From Octopus vulgaris (Eukaryota): a DNA stretch of 64,000 nucleotides. Below, in pieces: positions 12,650-28,721 of this stretch (its first letter is position 1; each line of letters opens with the position of its first letter). The translations under genes were made by a program, and so were the position numbers. Where the stretch lies: NCBI GenBank assembly GCA_951406725.2, contig OX597816.1, forward strand, positions 113,088,001-113,152,000, written 5' to 3'. The notes under the pieces are model-generated. The model worked only from the letters and a program-made list of their open reading frames with translations. It had not been told where the DNA came from and ran no database searches.

Positions 12650-12811
12650 GTGAAAAACATCAGCATTGCACAAATAGTGTCTATGTGAAGATACACAGAA
12701 ACTAGCATTTATACACACCTGTACACTGATATATATATATATATAAACACAACATTATGCAAGCACAAACATATATTTATGACAGGATTCCATGCAGTTT
12801 CTATTATTTAA

Positions 12812-13439
12812 CCCTTTAGCATTTAAACAGGCCATATCCAGTCCAAATATTCTACCTGTTATGTGTTTAAACTGACCGGATCTAAGCCTCTCACAACTGC
12901 CTTACAATGTCATTATAAAAATAAACACTCCTATCTTTGAAATTTCAAAGCTTCAAAATAATATAGAATTAATTTTTAAAAATGTGAATGGTGTGGCTGT
13001 GTAGTAGGTAGCTTGCTTACCAACCACATGGTTCCAGGTTCAGTCCCTTTGCGTGGCACCTTGAGCAAATGTCTTCTACTGTAGCCTCGGGCCAACCAAA
13101 AGCCTTGTGAGTGGATTTGGTTGATGGAAACTGAAAAAAACACATCGTATATTTATTATATGCAGATATTTTTGTGTTTGACCCCACCTCCACTATTGCT
13201 TGACAACCGATGTTGGTGTGTTTACATCCCCATAACTTAACAGTTCAGTAAAGGAGACCAACAGCATAAGTACTAGGCTTACAAAGAATAAGTACTGGGG
13301 TCAATTGCTTTGACTAAAATCTCTTTGAGGCAGTGCTCCAGTGTGGCTGCAGTCAAAGTAACTGAACCAAATAAAAGAATATAAAAAGAAATAAATAAAT
13401 ACACAATACATTTGACAAAGAAATCTGAAAGCTAAAGGG
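12812..13439. mobile_element. piggyBac-type MITE interrupted by a SINE
   Basis: TTAA|CCCTTTAGC at 12808-12820 and GCTAAAGGG|TTAA at 13431-13443. Confidence 0.75.
12990..13390 (+). mobile_element. tRNA-derived SINE (family A), near full length, nested in the piggyBac-type MITE
   Basis: GTGGCTGTGTAGTAGGTAGCTTGCTTACCAACCACATGGTTCCAGGTTCAGTCCC...AAGTACTAGGCTTACAAAGAATAAG...; colinear with 49372-49812. Confidence 0.85.
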
Positions 13440-15307
13440 TTAAATTTCACAGGCCAGACATTACATACTATTAGCTTCAACAATCATTTTAGTTAACTGC
13501 ATTTAATTTATATAAAATATCAATTAAGTTCTACGTTAAATGATTTAATGTTGCAACTCCTAATGTCCCAAGAATTATTGATTGTATTAAGAAGAAAATT
13601 CTTTGCCTTATTGCTAGATCTTTCAATATTGAAAATCTTCAACCTTTGATCCATCATGATCATTTCTTTTTTGCATCTTTCTACTAACAGTTTCAGCTCT
13701 TGTGTTTTTGTCAGCTGCAATCCACTTCCATTCAAACCTACCTGGTATCATCTATTGTTATTCTCTTTCCTACTGTCACTGTTTCTCACTAAAGCCTGAA
13801 CCAAACATTTTATTTCAAAACAACTGGTCTTTTAAAGTACATTCTCTTCAGGCTTCTATTCTAAAAGTGAACTCCATACTCTCTGACCAATGCTCTTCTT
13901 GTTTGGACACAATCACTTTTAAAAAAAAATTATATGTCCAAGAAGTAAATGACTATAGATAGGGGAAAGATCCTATCTGCAAGTTTGTGACCTAACTCAA
14001 CCAATATAATTTACTATAAAATACACCTGATATTCAGAGGATGAAATATATGCTGCTATTGCTCAGGATATTGTGGAAGTGTTATATATACTGGTAAATT
14101 TAAAGTAGATGAACTGAAAGATATTAAGATACATATAGTGAAGCCATTACCTATAACTCGAGTGAATCCAGCAAATAAATGCTACCTCATAACACTGATA
14201 ACAAATCTGTTCATATAGCATTAAAAGCTAAAAATGAGGAGTTGGAAGAGAGAGATACAAAATGGCATGTAAGATTTAAAGGCTGTAATATATTTATGCT
14301 GATGGATAACTAACTGGGAAATGCAACACGGTTAAAGATGACTATGCATTCATCAAAGGTAACTTACTGCAAACTCCAGATCAGATTTTTATATTAACCA
14401 AATTTTCTGAATATGAAATACATTTTGAACTGTTTGCTACATTATGCCAATCAGCAGAGTCTATCTAAAGGTGAGAGCAACTGAAGGTTTCAGTGTACTT
14501 TAATAGGTTAAATGCATTTAATAATAGCTGCAGTATAATAAAATGAGAGAGAAGAAAAAAAAAATCAATGCTGTTTGAGGGATATAGCTTACAAACTTCA
14601 AGAGAGTGAATAATACAGTGTTCCTCAGTAAATTAATTGGAAATCTGTTTCTAAGTTAAGGGAAACACGAATTAACAAAAGAATTAGTTACATTAGGGGA
14701 GACATAACTGAATTACGGTAGTATACATTTAAAAGAAGCCTAAGATAAGGTGGAAGTAAATATGTTATTTACTGATTACACTGAACGTTATCTTCTATAC
14801 ATGATGTGTCAACAACTTCAGCATCTTCAGACTACAGGGGTATCATTGTAAAATAAATATTCAAGTACTTGAAGTTGCTAAACCGGGTGTGTATTTTAAA
14901 GTTAGTTGGTACAGCTTATCTGGGGGAAAGGTTAACTTTAAATGAGAAACTAAAAAATGTTATTATGTAACAAAACATTATTTCTAATTTTCTTGCATCA
15001 ACGTATCCACTACATTCTTTTCAATGTTTCAGTTTTTTTAACATCTAAACTCAAATTACTCTTGGTAGTTCATTTGCTTCTAAGCTAATTAGAACAGGCA
15101 AAATTGAGACAGCTCATGATTCATATACCTGGAAAAATACATCTTTACCAGTTCAACTATTATGAAGCAAGTTTTTGTTTAATTATAAAATGGATATGCA
15201 TGTGTGTGTGTGCATATAAATAAATAAATAAATATATATATATATATGATATATATATATATATATATATATATCCACATACATATGTATGCACATTGAT
15301 ATATAGG

Positions 15308-15465
15308 ATAGGCATGGTTGTGTGGTGAAGAAATTTGTTTCTCAACTGTGTAGTTTCGGGTTCAGTCACACTGTGCATCACATGGGCAAGTTCCTTCAAC
15401 TGTAGTTCTGGGCTAACATCCTTTGGGGTGGACCTGATTGGCAGAAGCTAAAAGAAGTCCATCCT
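15308..15465 (+). mobile_element. Family-A SINE 5' half, degenerate
   Basis: GGCATGGTTGTGTGGTGAAGAAATTTG...GGGTTCAGTCACACTGTGCATCAC.TGGGCAAG. Confidence 0.6.
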
Positions 15466-16767
15466 AGTTGAGTGTGTGTGGGCACAAATGTATATAGCAT
15501 ATATACATACTTGTGTATGATATACATATATCATAAGATATAAGTATATATAATGTAATGTATATATGTATGTGTATATATGATATGTATCAAGTGTATA
15601 TTATGTTTATATATGATATACATATATTATATGATAATAATAAATATATATGATTTGTATTACGTGTATATATGACATATCGTGTATATAAGATATATCT
15701 TGTGTATATATGATATATAGCATAGCCTGCTTGTTTCTTCCCATCATCCATGTAGCCAAACCAAACTAAGATCATCTGCTACTATACAATGATTATTGTT
15801 TTTTGTGTATTTGTTCTTCACTCACATCATTGGTCTCTCTCCTACATGTCTCTGTCATATCTATAAGGAAGCCTATTCTCTGCTTTCATTGCATTTCATA
15901 AATTGTTGTTCTGTTATTCCTCTATAGACCAATGCCAGTTAATTAGGACTTTGTGAATCTAACTACAAACCTCTGTGATTGACAAGTATTTTTTTTTCTC
16001 AATTGCATAAGAGATGGAAGATGCATAGCTGACAGAACTAAATACCACAAAATAATGTATATTTTGAAAATAACGAAATAGTCATACCTTCAGCAATAGA
16101 TGATGCAAATATGACATTAACACTGCAAAACTATTAAAATGATTTAAGAGATGAAATCAAATTTCTGCATTCAATTGACAATTTCCAGGTAGTAGGTCTA
16201 ATAAGCTGTCCATTTTTATACCACCAGCTGATTCTTGGGTACTTTTATCAAAGTTCACTCTGTTGTAAGTATTTGAGTCAAACCTTTACTTCTTGCCCAT
16301 TTTTCGCCAGACATTAACTTGTAGATGCTCTGTTTGGACATTGACTACTTGTATCTTACCAGTCTTGGAGAAGGGCCTCACAGACCTGTCTCTTCCACTT
16401 ATGGCCAACTTATAATTTAAAACAAAAACAAAAAAATGCATTTAGTAATTTTAATAGTTTATATTTTTGTTAAATGTTTCAGTACCAATTTAAACTGTAA
16501 TTGATGTTTCTTGTCCCAGAATAATATTTTCAAAGTTATTAAGTTTATACAGTTAAAATTACCTTTCAAAACTATCAGTTTTACTTGTGCTTCTACCACT
16601 GTGGTCCATTTCACTCTTAAATTAAGTATTTTTTGTGATGTTTATATTTCATGATCACATCAGTTTAGTTTGTTAGGTTTGTTTCTTACAAAGAAAATAA
16701 TTCCCAATATTTCAGTTGTAGTCTGTTCTTCACTATTCCCTTCCACTCTGTTGTACTATGTAGCCAT

Positions 16768-16994
16768 AAACCTTTTTGTTACAATATTTATTTCAGCTAA
16801 AATGCACTGTCTTTGTATTAATTAATTTTGAATATTATGATGCATTAAGTAAAATAATATTTTCATTATTAAACTGGTGTTTGGAGCATGAATTAACAAA
16901 ATATTTTGAAGGAAAGTTTTAATTTAGATCCCTCAAACAGTTTGTATCATAGAAATAGGGACAGTCTCAAGCATGTTAGTATTAAAAGGGTTAA
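16768..16994. mobile_element. Degenerate piggyBac-type MITE
   Basis: The right end AAAAGGG|TTAA is present and duplicated. The left end is degenerate (TAAACCTTTTTGTTAC). Confidence 0.4.
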
Positions 16995-19519
16995 AGGGTT
17001 AATTGTGGTGACTGGCACATCCTAATAACTTTACATTTTCTATGTTCAAATCACTCTAAAGCTAGTAAAATAGAGACTAGTCGATTACTGCAGTTCATAA
17101 AAAGAATTATGTTAGCTCTCAACAAAAGACATAAAAGTTTTCTTACATTATAATAATTTCTGACTCTGAATATAATAAATCTATTTTCTTAGAAGTTGAA
17201 GTGGTTTCATTTTTGTTTATTTCCTCTTATAATTAGTTCTATTCAATAAATGAAAGAATATATTTAACAAAAATGAAATCTGAAAAATATGCTTTTTGTT
17301 GTATACTGAAGAATCAATTAATCTGTGTATATACAACATAATATAACTATATAACCAATTTACTTGTTTACTTTTATATAACCTGGACATAAATGGTGGT
17401 ATTGTACTGTAATTGCTTGTATTGATGAGAAGTAGACACAATGTCAGTATATTGAGTTCAAAGTTCAAAGGCTTTACACTTGAAGTTTTAATATATCATT
17501 ATCCCTTCTGCTTAAAGTTGATGGATCTATTCATAAAAGATGTGGCACTTATAGAGTTTAACACAATCTACCATACTGCTATTCATTGGTTATTGTACCG
17601 ATTTTTCTTTTATTGACTGTATGAAATTTCTTCTTAAACGATTCTGTTGTATTTTTATAAGGGAACAAATAAAATCTAAGATAATGTGTAAAATTCAGTT
17701 GGTAGTATCTTTCTCTTTTGAAAATGTATTTCAAAGCTGAAAATTTTGGTTTGTCAAAGATCTAGCTCCAAGAATTCTACACTAGTTCATTTTGTTAGAA
17801 TGTTATAGTTAGTTCATCTTGGTGAACTTTTGCTTCCACAATAGTGCACTGATATGAGCCCACCTTCATAATTACCCATTACACATCATATATATGTATT
17901 TTCTGTTCTTATTTCCATGTTAAAATTTTTAAATCTGAAAAAGTAATTGAACAATGCCAGCTTGTCAAAACCTTTGAGAAATATTGATAAGAAATGACAG
18001 CAATAATATTCTATAAATATTTTTGAACTGAAAAAATTTATAAACATCTCTTTTCATAATATAAAAAAAAATCCACTGGACCATTCTTTATCCTTCATCA
18101 ATATCTGTTGACTTAACTCTATTCACCACACCTTACTAACATCTGAGATACAGATCTCCTACTATTTATCCTAAATCTATTTTCTGTCCAAGCTGCACAC
18201 TGTATTCCAATTTATATGTACATATCTGCAATTACATAGAATTCACTCTCTCTATTGCTCATCTCTGACACACACACAGATCAGCAACAAAAGCTTCCAA
18301 TGTTTGCAGTTCAGTGTCTTTTCCTCAGTCCTCTGTGTTCACCTGCTGTCTCTACTACACTGACTCTCCAGACTCTACTAAGCTGCAGCTCATGGAGAAT
18401 ATTTCTCATTTCTCTAAAGTCATGGTTCTTTATTATTTCATGTCATACATTTCTGCTCAACTTGTCACACCCCTCAAACACTAATATACTGATGCTGCTA
18501 GCATATGAGTTGAATTGTGTGCCAGTTTAAGCTGTTTGCCCCATTAGATATCTTTATTTATTTGTATCCTTTACAAATACACCGATTCTACAACAGATAC
18601 TTTTCCCTTTCATTATCACTGTCTCTTCCATCATTAGATCAAATGTTCACTACCTAATCAAAACAACTCAATATATTCCTACAGCACACATCCCTGACAC
18701 CACTGATACTTCAAATCCAGCCAGTAATTAGGGCTTTGCTAGTTTTGTGGCTTACATTTAGCAGTATATTTGTTTCGTCTGTGAACTGGCCAAAACATTT
18801 AAGTGGGTGACTGCCAGCAATTCTGCAAAATAACTCTCACAAAAGCTAAGAATGCTAAGGTTGCAAAATTTTTTCAGCTATGCCTTATTCAGCATAATTC
18901 CATTGGTAACTTCCCTGGTAATGAAACCATTGCAGTAGCTAACTGTTTTGTGCATGCAACACACACACACTATAATACTCACTCTGAAACTGTTAGCCTG
19001 TCTTACTATACACTCATTAAATGTAAAGAAAGCAAATGGACTTGACAGTATTTCTTCCATTTCCCTGAGACAGAGCACTTGATATCCAGTTCCTGTTTAC
19101 CCCAAATTCTTTAATGGAGATCTGCTTCAATGTATGGTAATACACACAAGTGTATCCTATTCACAAGAACTGCAACATTTTTTACCCTCCCAACAATTGA
19201 CTTATCACTTTTTTTTTTCCTTCTGACATCTTAAAGTGAAGGTCATTAAGGGATCTTTTATATGGTCATTTCACCTGTTAAAGATAACAGTGAAAGCTTT
19301 ATAAAAATCATACTCTGCTATTTAAAAAAAGAATAATATACTCCTAGATACATTACAAGTAAAAATAATGTGGTTTGTGACTGGAACCTATTTGGTCATG
19401 CACCAGATGAATTAGGGCTGAGTTGAAGCTAAGTTAGTGGAAATTAGCCTCAAAGCCTCACATTTATAACATTGTTAAAACAGGCTCAAAACTTAAATTA
19501 TTTTTCAGAAGCAGAAAAT

Positions 19520-19960
19520 ACTTCAGCTCTGATCTATTACTGTTTACTGCATAACTCAAATGGTACTTTAATTGGAGTACTACTCACATATATGTGATTG
19601 TCCTGCAGATAGAGACACAAAATGTCCATTTGGCTTACTAACAAAACTTACTAAATTATTTCAACTAGTTTCCCATTTCTCTTTATCTTCTACCACTATT
19701 ACATGTTCTGCTTTTTTAAACTATCAAGCTACACAACACCTCTACCCCAAGTACTCACCTCTCCTCCACTTGACATCTCTACTGAATGTAACACCTTGCT
19801 AAACTCTTCCTCTCCAGTGCTGTTGCATCCTGGAATTCCCTTCCTATAGATATTAACCTACATAATTTCAAGCTGAACATCAAATACATTGACCCCAAGT
19901 GTCTGTGAAAGTAGGCAAAGGTCAGAGCTTTGCCATACTTCCTCCAACTAAATGATAATA
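19520..19960 (+). mobile_element. Highly decayed CR1/L2-like LINE 3' remnant
   Basis: LEYYSHI translation resembles the RT C-terminal RP.LEYcs.iW motif. WNSLP-like TGGAATTCCCTTCCT near 19831, and an (AAT)/A-rich end. Confidence 0.4.
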
Positions 19961-21870
19961 AAATAAAGACTTGAGTTATAAATGTTTGGTAAGCTCTTGT
20001 AACAAATCCTTTTCATACTTTGTTTGAAAGTGCTCTATAGTTTAATCCAAATGGCAAATAAATTAAAACATTGCTTAATTATTATTATAAATTGTGTGTA
20101 CTTAAGCTATTAAGCAAGTTATAATCATCTTATAATGTCAGTTTTGTTTTTTCTTCTTCAAGTAACAAGAATCTCATTTGAAATTTTGTTAGGTTATCTA
20201 GTACTGTATGAATAGTAGCATTCATTTTAGAAACTAGATTCCTTTGAAATGTATCTAATAAGAATAAATATATTATTTATATCCTTAAAATTTGAGCACA
20301 CAGATATAAAAAAGAAATAGAATAGTTATATTAAATCTGTGTTAATTATGCAAATTATAATGTATTTCATTTTAGTTGCTTTATTTTATATCATTGTGAT
20401 GTTCTTTGTCTATAAAATAATAAAACTTGTTGCTAAAAACCACCTCATGATTTAGTTAACAGGGAGAGATGGAATTTTGCATTAACTATCACTTCATGCC
20501 TGTCGATTGAAAAAAATTAGTTAATAAATTCTATTACAGATTAATTCACTGGATGTCTTGCAGTGGTGAATTGTGGTAAACAAATTAGAGTTATCATTGC
20601 TTGAGGAAATTTTTACTAAGAAATATGGATATACATTAAGTAAACTATCTATATAAAATCATATAGACAGATATATCTATGCATTATCTGCTTTGTTTTT
20701 GATCTTTTAGAATTTTTTTTCATGACAGCTAATATTGATATTATCATAGGCATAGTACTGTAAATTATTCTCTTTTCAATTAATGTTTCATTTCTAAGGG
20801 AAATGTAATGTTTATATATCCTTGATGTAAATTTAGAAGCAAAATACAAAATAAGTAAAAGAAATAGAAAAAAACTTAAATATAAATAGAAAGTGTTCTC
20901 AGGGAACCAGCTGGTTTATTATTAATTTTTTTTTACAAGAAATATGAATAGTGTTTTGAGAAATATTATTATTTACTTAACATATATTTTGTCACAGCTG
21001 AAGGAAAAGAATTTTATTTTCATATTGTGTGTATTTATAGACATATAAAGAATTATTCCTTTTTCTATATGCTATCATTTTTGTAAGTTTAAATTATATA
21101 TTCTGAAATAACAAACTATAAAGAATATTCTGTTATCATCATCACCAAAGTTTTCACAATCTATTCCCCATGTTTTTATGAGTTGGACACAACAGGGTGT
21201 TTCATTTTAGATCTATACACTTTGATGTAATTTCTATTGGAAGTTAGGAAAATACATCACTGTTATCTCACAAGCAGTGCCTAGTCCATTTATTTTATTT
21301 ATTTCATCACTGCTGTAATTCATATATATTCACTCTATGATATAATTTGTGAAAAAAAAACTGATAAAATAAAATAATAAAAGGGAACAATTCCTTGTAT
21401 ATTATACTTCTTGAATGATACTTGAAAAATTACAAAATATAACAGATTTCCAGGAATTTACATGTTTCATTTCCTTCTTGGACTGCAAATTGGAATTTAT
21501 ATTGAAATTTAATACAAAGAATGTGTTCAGTCTTGCTGAAATATTGAAAGGATCTAATGCATCAATGGCTTTACAGATATTATAAAATGATTATAACCTT
21601 TCCCAGTAAAGATTTAGAATGGTGGAACTAACTTCTTTATGTAATTAAGGTTTATTTAAGCAAATCAATAAAACATGGATATTCTAATCTATCACTAGAA
21701 GAATTGCAAATTAAAATTAAATGGCAGAGATATACATGTATACAAATTACAAGGATATATACATGTATATTGATATATGTGATAATGATTGTGTTAAAAT
21801 TTTTTTTTTTTTTGCTACTTGTTAGTTCTGGGTTTGATCCTGCTGAATGTTATCTACCATAATCTCAGGT

Positions 21871-22226
21871 TGTGGCATTTCATTGGTTACGACGATGAGG
21901 GTTCCAGTTGATCTGATCAACGGAACAGCCTGCTCATGAAATTAATGTGCAAATGGCTGAGCACTCCACAGACATGTGTACCCTTAATGTAGTTCTTGGG
22001 GAGATTCAGCATGACACAGAGTGTGACAAGGCTGACCCTTTGAAACAGGAAGAAAGAGTGATAGAAAGTTGTGGTGAAAGAGGTTTGCCACCACCTCTTG
22101 TTGAAGCCTCATGGAGCTTTAGATGTTTTTGCTCAATAAACACTCACATTGCCTAGTTTGGGAATCGAAACTGCAATCCTATGACTCTAAGTCCGCTGCC
22201 CTAACCACTAGGCTATTGCGACTCCA
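21871..22226 (-). mobile_element. tRNA-derived SINE (family D 3' part), with 13-bp TSD, inserted into an older family-A SINE
   Basis: Minus-strand box A TAGCCTAGTGG and box B GTTTCGATTCC. Flanking CATAATCTCAGGT (21858-21870) and CATAACCTCAGGT (22227-22239). Confidence 0.75.
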
Positions 22227-23339
22227 CATAACCTCAGGTACATCAATACTGTATGAGTAGAATTTGACAGAAGCAATGCAGAAACCCATTGTGTGTGTGT
22301 GTAGGTATTAACAATTGTGGAGGAGGAAGGCAGAGCATTAGGTACTATTGTAGAGTTGGATAAGATATTTCTGATCTCTTAGTTTGTTGTATAAGTTCCT
22401 TTAACTTGCAGTCAAACAAGAGAAAACTAGGTCCTAACTATCTGAAGATCTAACTTTACAGAAATAACAAGTTACTAGGCAACTAAATCAGCCAATACAC
22501 ACGTACACATATATACATATATATAGCATGGAAAACGGACGCTAAACGATGATGATGATGATGATGATGATGATATGTACACACACACACAAACATATTA
22601 TCATTATCATCATGCTATGTCCACTTTCCATGCTGATATGGGTTGGACTGGTTGCTATAATCACCAGTAATGAAAACAGGTGGTTGCTTCTCTAGGAGTA
22701 GTTTTGTGAATCTCAAAAGAACTGTATCTTGATTATAGTAGTTAAGAGGTAGTAAATAAGAAGCTTACAGAAGTGCTGCAGACAAATAACACTTCAAATC
22801 ACCACCAGGAATCGCTGAAAGCTTGAGCAAGTATGGACCATCATACTATACCTGCAGTAATTGAAGTGGTCTTTGTAAAACTAGTTGAAGTCAATCATAC
22901 AAAAACTTCATCACAAAGTAAAGAATGTGCCTATGATTCTATGACTGCAATGAAATTGAGGTCAGCACTTTTAAAGCAGGAGTTATATAAGTGTGTGTGT
23001 ATGCATGTGCCTCTCTGTGTGTCTGCATGTATCTATGTGTGTGTTAATGTGTGTGTGTACATACATAGATATCATCATAATCCTCATCATGATACATATA
23101 TAATCATAAAAAGTTTATATAACTGAAAAAGAAACACTTTAAAACATAAGAGCAGTAATGTATTTAGGAGATAGTTTGTTATGGGTGGTTATGTGCTTCC
23201 AGCCATTTTAGTATGACAAGTCGCCTATACAGCTAAGCACATTATAAGTGCAAAACCAATGGTCATCCTTTAGCTGGCCATAACAACCTTGTTATGTATA
23301 TATGTATACATATACAAGGTTGTATGTATACATATACAG

Positions 23340-23543
23340 TCGCCATGATATATCGGTAGCCACTACACACATTTTATTTCTCTCCTTGTTTCTCCCCTTG
23401 TTTTTTTCTGTGTCCCTTTCTGCAGAAGAGCGTAGGCTCAAAACATAAAAGACTTTTTCAATTCCTGAGCATTATACTAATGCATCTGTTTGTTTTGTAA
23501 ACCACCTGTCTTCGTCTTTTATTTTTTCATGAACTCTCCCTAT

Positions 23544-23545
<2 letters not shown>
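23340..23545 (+). mobile_element. Probable Penelope-like terminal fragment with decayed hammerhead motif
   Basis: T-rich segment ending in (TA)n. Contains CTTT CTGCAGAA GAGC GTAG GCTC AAAA CA TA AAAG at 23416-23451. Confidence 0.5.
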
Positions 23546-23585
<40 letters not shown>

Positions 23586-23676
23586 ATATATATATATATA
23601 CACTATATGATTGTGCTTGTGTATGTATATTTACGCATATGAATGCATGTGTATGTAAATGTGTATATTTATGTAT

Positions 23677-23972
23677 AGGTGCAGGTATAGCTGTGTGGAT
23701 AAGAAGTTCATTTTACAACCATATAGTTTCAGGTTCAGTCAACCTCTGCAATACTTAAGGTTTCTAAGTGTCTTCTTCTGTAGACCTGGGCTGACCAATG
23801 ACTTGTGTGTGAATTTGGCATTTGGAAGCTGTACAGACACACCTTGTATATATGTATGTGTTCAAGTTTCTGCTTTTCATAGAGAGGAGAGCAATACTGG
23901 AGTCAACTTAATCACCTAAAACACTCGTCAGTCCACCGATCCAGTAACTGAAACAAGTAAAAGGATAAAAGA
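23677..23972 (+). mobile_element. Degenerate family-A SINE
   Basis: GCAGGTATAGCTGTGTGGATAAGAAG...GGTTCAGTC head and ACTGAAACAAGTAAAAG tail. Confidence 0.55.
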
Positions 23973-23989
23973 ATGTGTATTCGTATATA

Positions 23990-24337
23990 TATATAATATT
24001 AATTAGAGACAAAACCACTATTATGCAAATCAAACAAAGAAAGACTTAATCCAATACATAAAAAATTTTATATAATTAAATAAAATTAAGTTATCCACTA
24101 CAATTGTTTCTTGTCACTTCTAAGGACATTCATCAGGTGGTTTTCAGACCTTCTATTCAATTTTAAATTATGAAGTAATTTAAATTTTTTATGTATTGGA
24201 TTAAGTCTTTCTTTGTTTGATTTGCATAATAGTGGTTTTGTCTCTAATTAATATTATATAATATTTTACTATAAAATTGGATACAATCCTAAATCTGATT
24301 TTTCCCTGTAAATTTGGATTTATTCACTAATATTTAT

Positions 24338-24340
<3 letters not shown>
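23990..24340. mobile_element. Penelope-like element terminus: inverted pLTR fragment, direct fragment and tail, within (TA)n
   Basis: Identical 79-bp inverted arms at 23990-24068 and 24182-24260, a hammerhead motif in the spacer, and an ~80-bp unpaired tail before (TA)n. Confidence 0.8.
24095..24140 (-). ncRNA. Minimal type-I hammerhead ribozyme (PLE type)
   Basis: The minus strand reads CCAC CUGAUGA AUGUC CUUAGAAGU GACAA GAAA C AAUU G UA GUGG: stem I CCAC/GUGG, intact core, stem II UGUC/GACA, palindromic stem III ACAAUUGU, and a GUA cleavage triplet. Confidence 0.8.
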
Positions 24341-24388
<48 letters not shown>

Positions 24389-24460
24389 TACATATATGCG
24401 TGTGTGTGTGTAAATGTATGCCTGTTTGAATGTGCATGTTTATTTTATATATATTCATAT

Positions 24461-26673
<2,213 letters not shown>

Positions 26674-27183
26674 CCAAGTATGTATATAAACGTGTGTGTG
26701 TATGTTTGTATATGTATACATTCACATACATATGTATACAGAAGAGACAGGCAGAGACAAAGAGAAATAGACAGACAGACCAACAGGCCTACCCTTTTCA
26801 AAGGTTCTCCTTTCTATTCTCAAAAATCTCAAATTCAGTTTTATTTCATAGAAAACAAATGCCAGCTTTATACTTTTGTATATGATAGATAATTTGTGTC
26901 TATTTTTAACTGAGGTGGGTGCAACTGTTTTTATCCCCAAAATTTTCCCACCATCAGATCACATACTAAAACTACAATTGGGATATTGCCAGTGTGCTAG
27001 TTTAAAACAATTTCGTTAGCTGGCATCTTACTTCACATGAACTCTTTTAACTTTTTGTATATTCAATATTTTCTTTAACACTTAATGTAACAATTGCATT
27101 GAAGTCAAAGATACATATTTGTATATAGATAGATACAAACATATATTATATATATATTTGTATGAACATAGATACAAACATAC

Positions 27184-27186
<3 letters not shown>

Positions 27187-27253
<67 letters not shown>
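27187..27253. repeat. (TG)n microsatellite
   Basis: Read directly from the sequence. Confidence 0.95.
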
Positions 27254-27257
<4 letters not shown>

Positions 27258-27524
27258 TGCTCATTGAATTTCTTTGTGAACTTACATCTTTAAATGGTTG
27301 ACATCTGAAGACATGTGTTTATGCAGACATGTCTTTGGACAGCAACCATCTGCAGATGCTTCTTTATACAGAAACACAATGAGTTATAGATAATGGCTTT
27401 ATAATTTGCTAGTTTTATTGAGTACTTTTCCTCATGTTCATTGGTAGTATGTGTTTGAGTGTGTATACGTATGTGTGTATGAGTGTGTGTATATATATAT
27501 ATAAGAAATATATACACACACACA

Positions 27525-28630
<1,106 letters not shown>

Positions 28631-28721
28631 AATAAAATATATTTTTTAAAACATATAAGTTGATCTCAAAAGGTATAAAAATGAATAATCAATATATATA
28701 CATACATACATGCATACATAC

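Noticed and set aside
14765-14836. Minus-strand CTGAAGA-TGCTGAA...TTCAGT-GTAA motif
   Set aside because: Stem II-like pairing exists, but the GAAA core and stem I are missing. At best a very decayed relic.
22150-22226. tRNA-like box A/box B sequence (also at 10645, 29921, 49372)
   Set aside because: No complete cloverleaf, and each continues into a repeated SINE body.
23283-23322. Short palindrome ACAACCTTGT...ACAAGGTTGT around TA/CA repeats
   Set aside because: Only about 10 bp of unique arm sequence; likely a local fold-back repair scar, too short to interpret.
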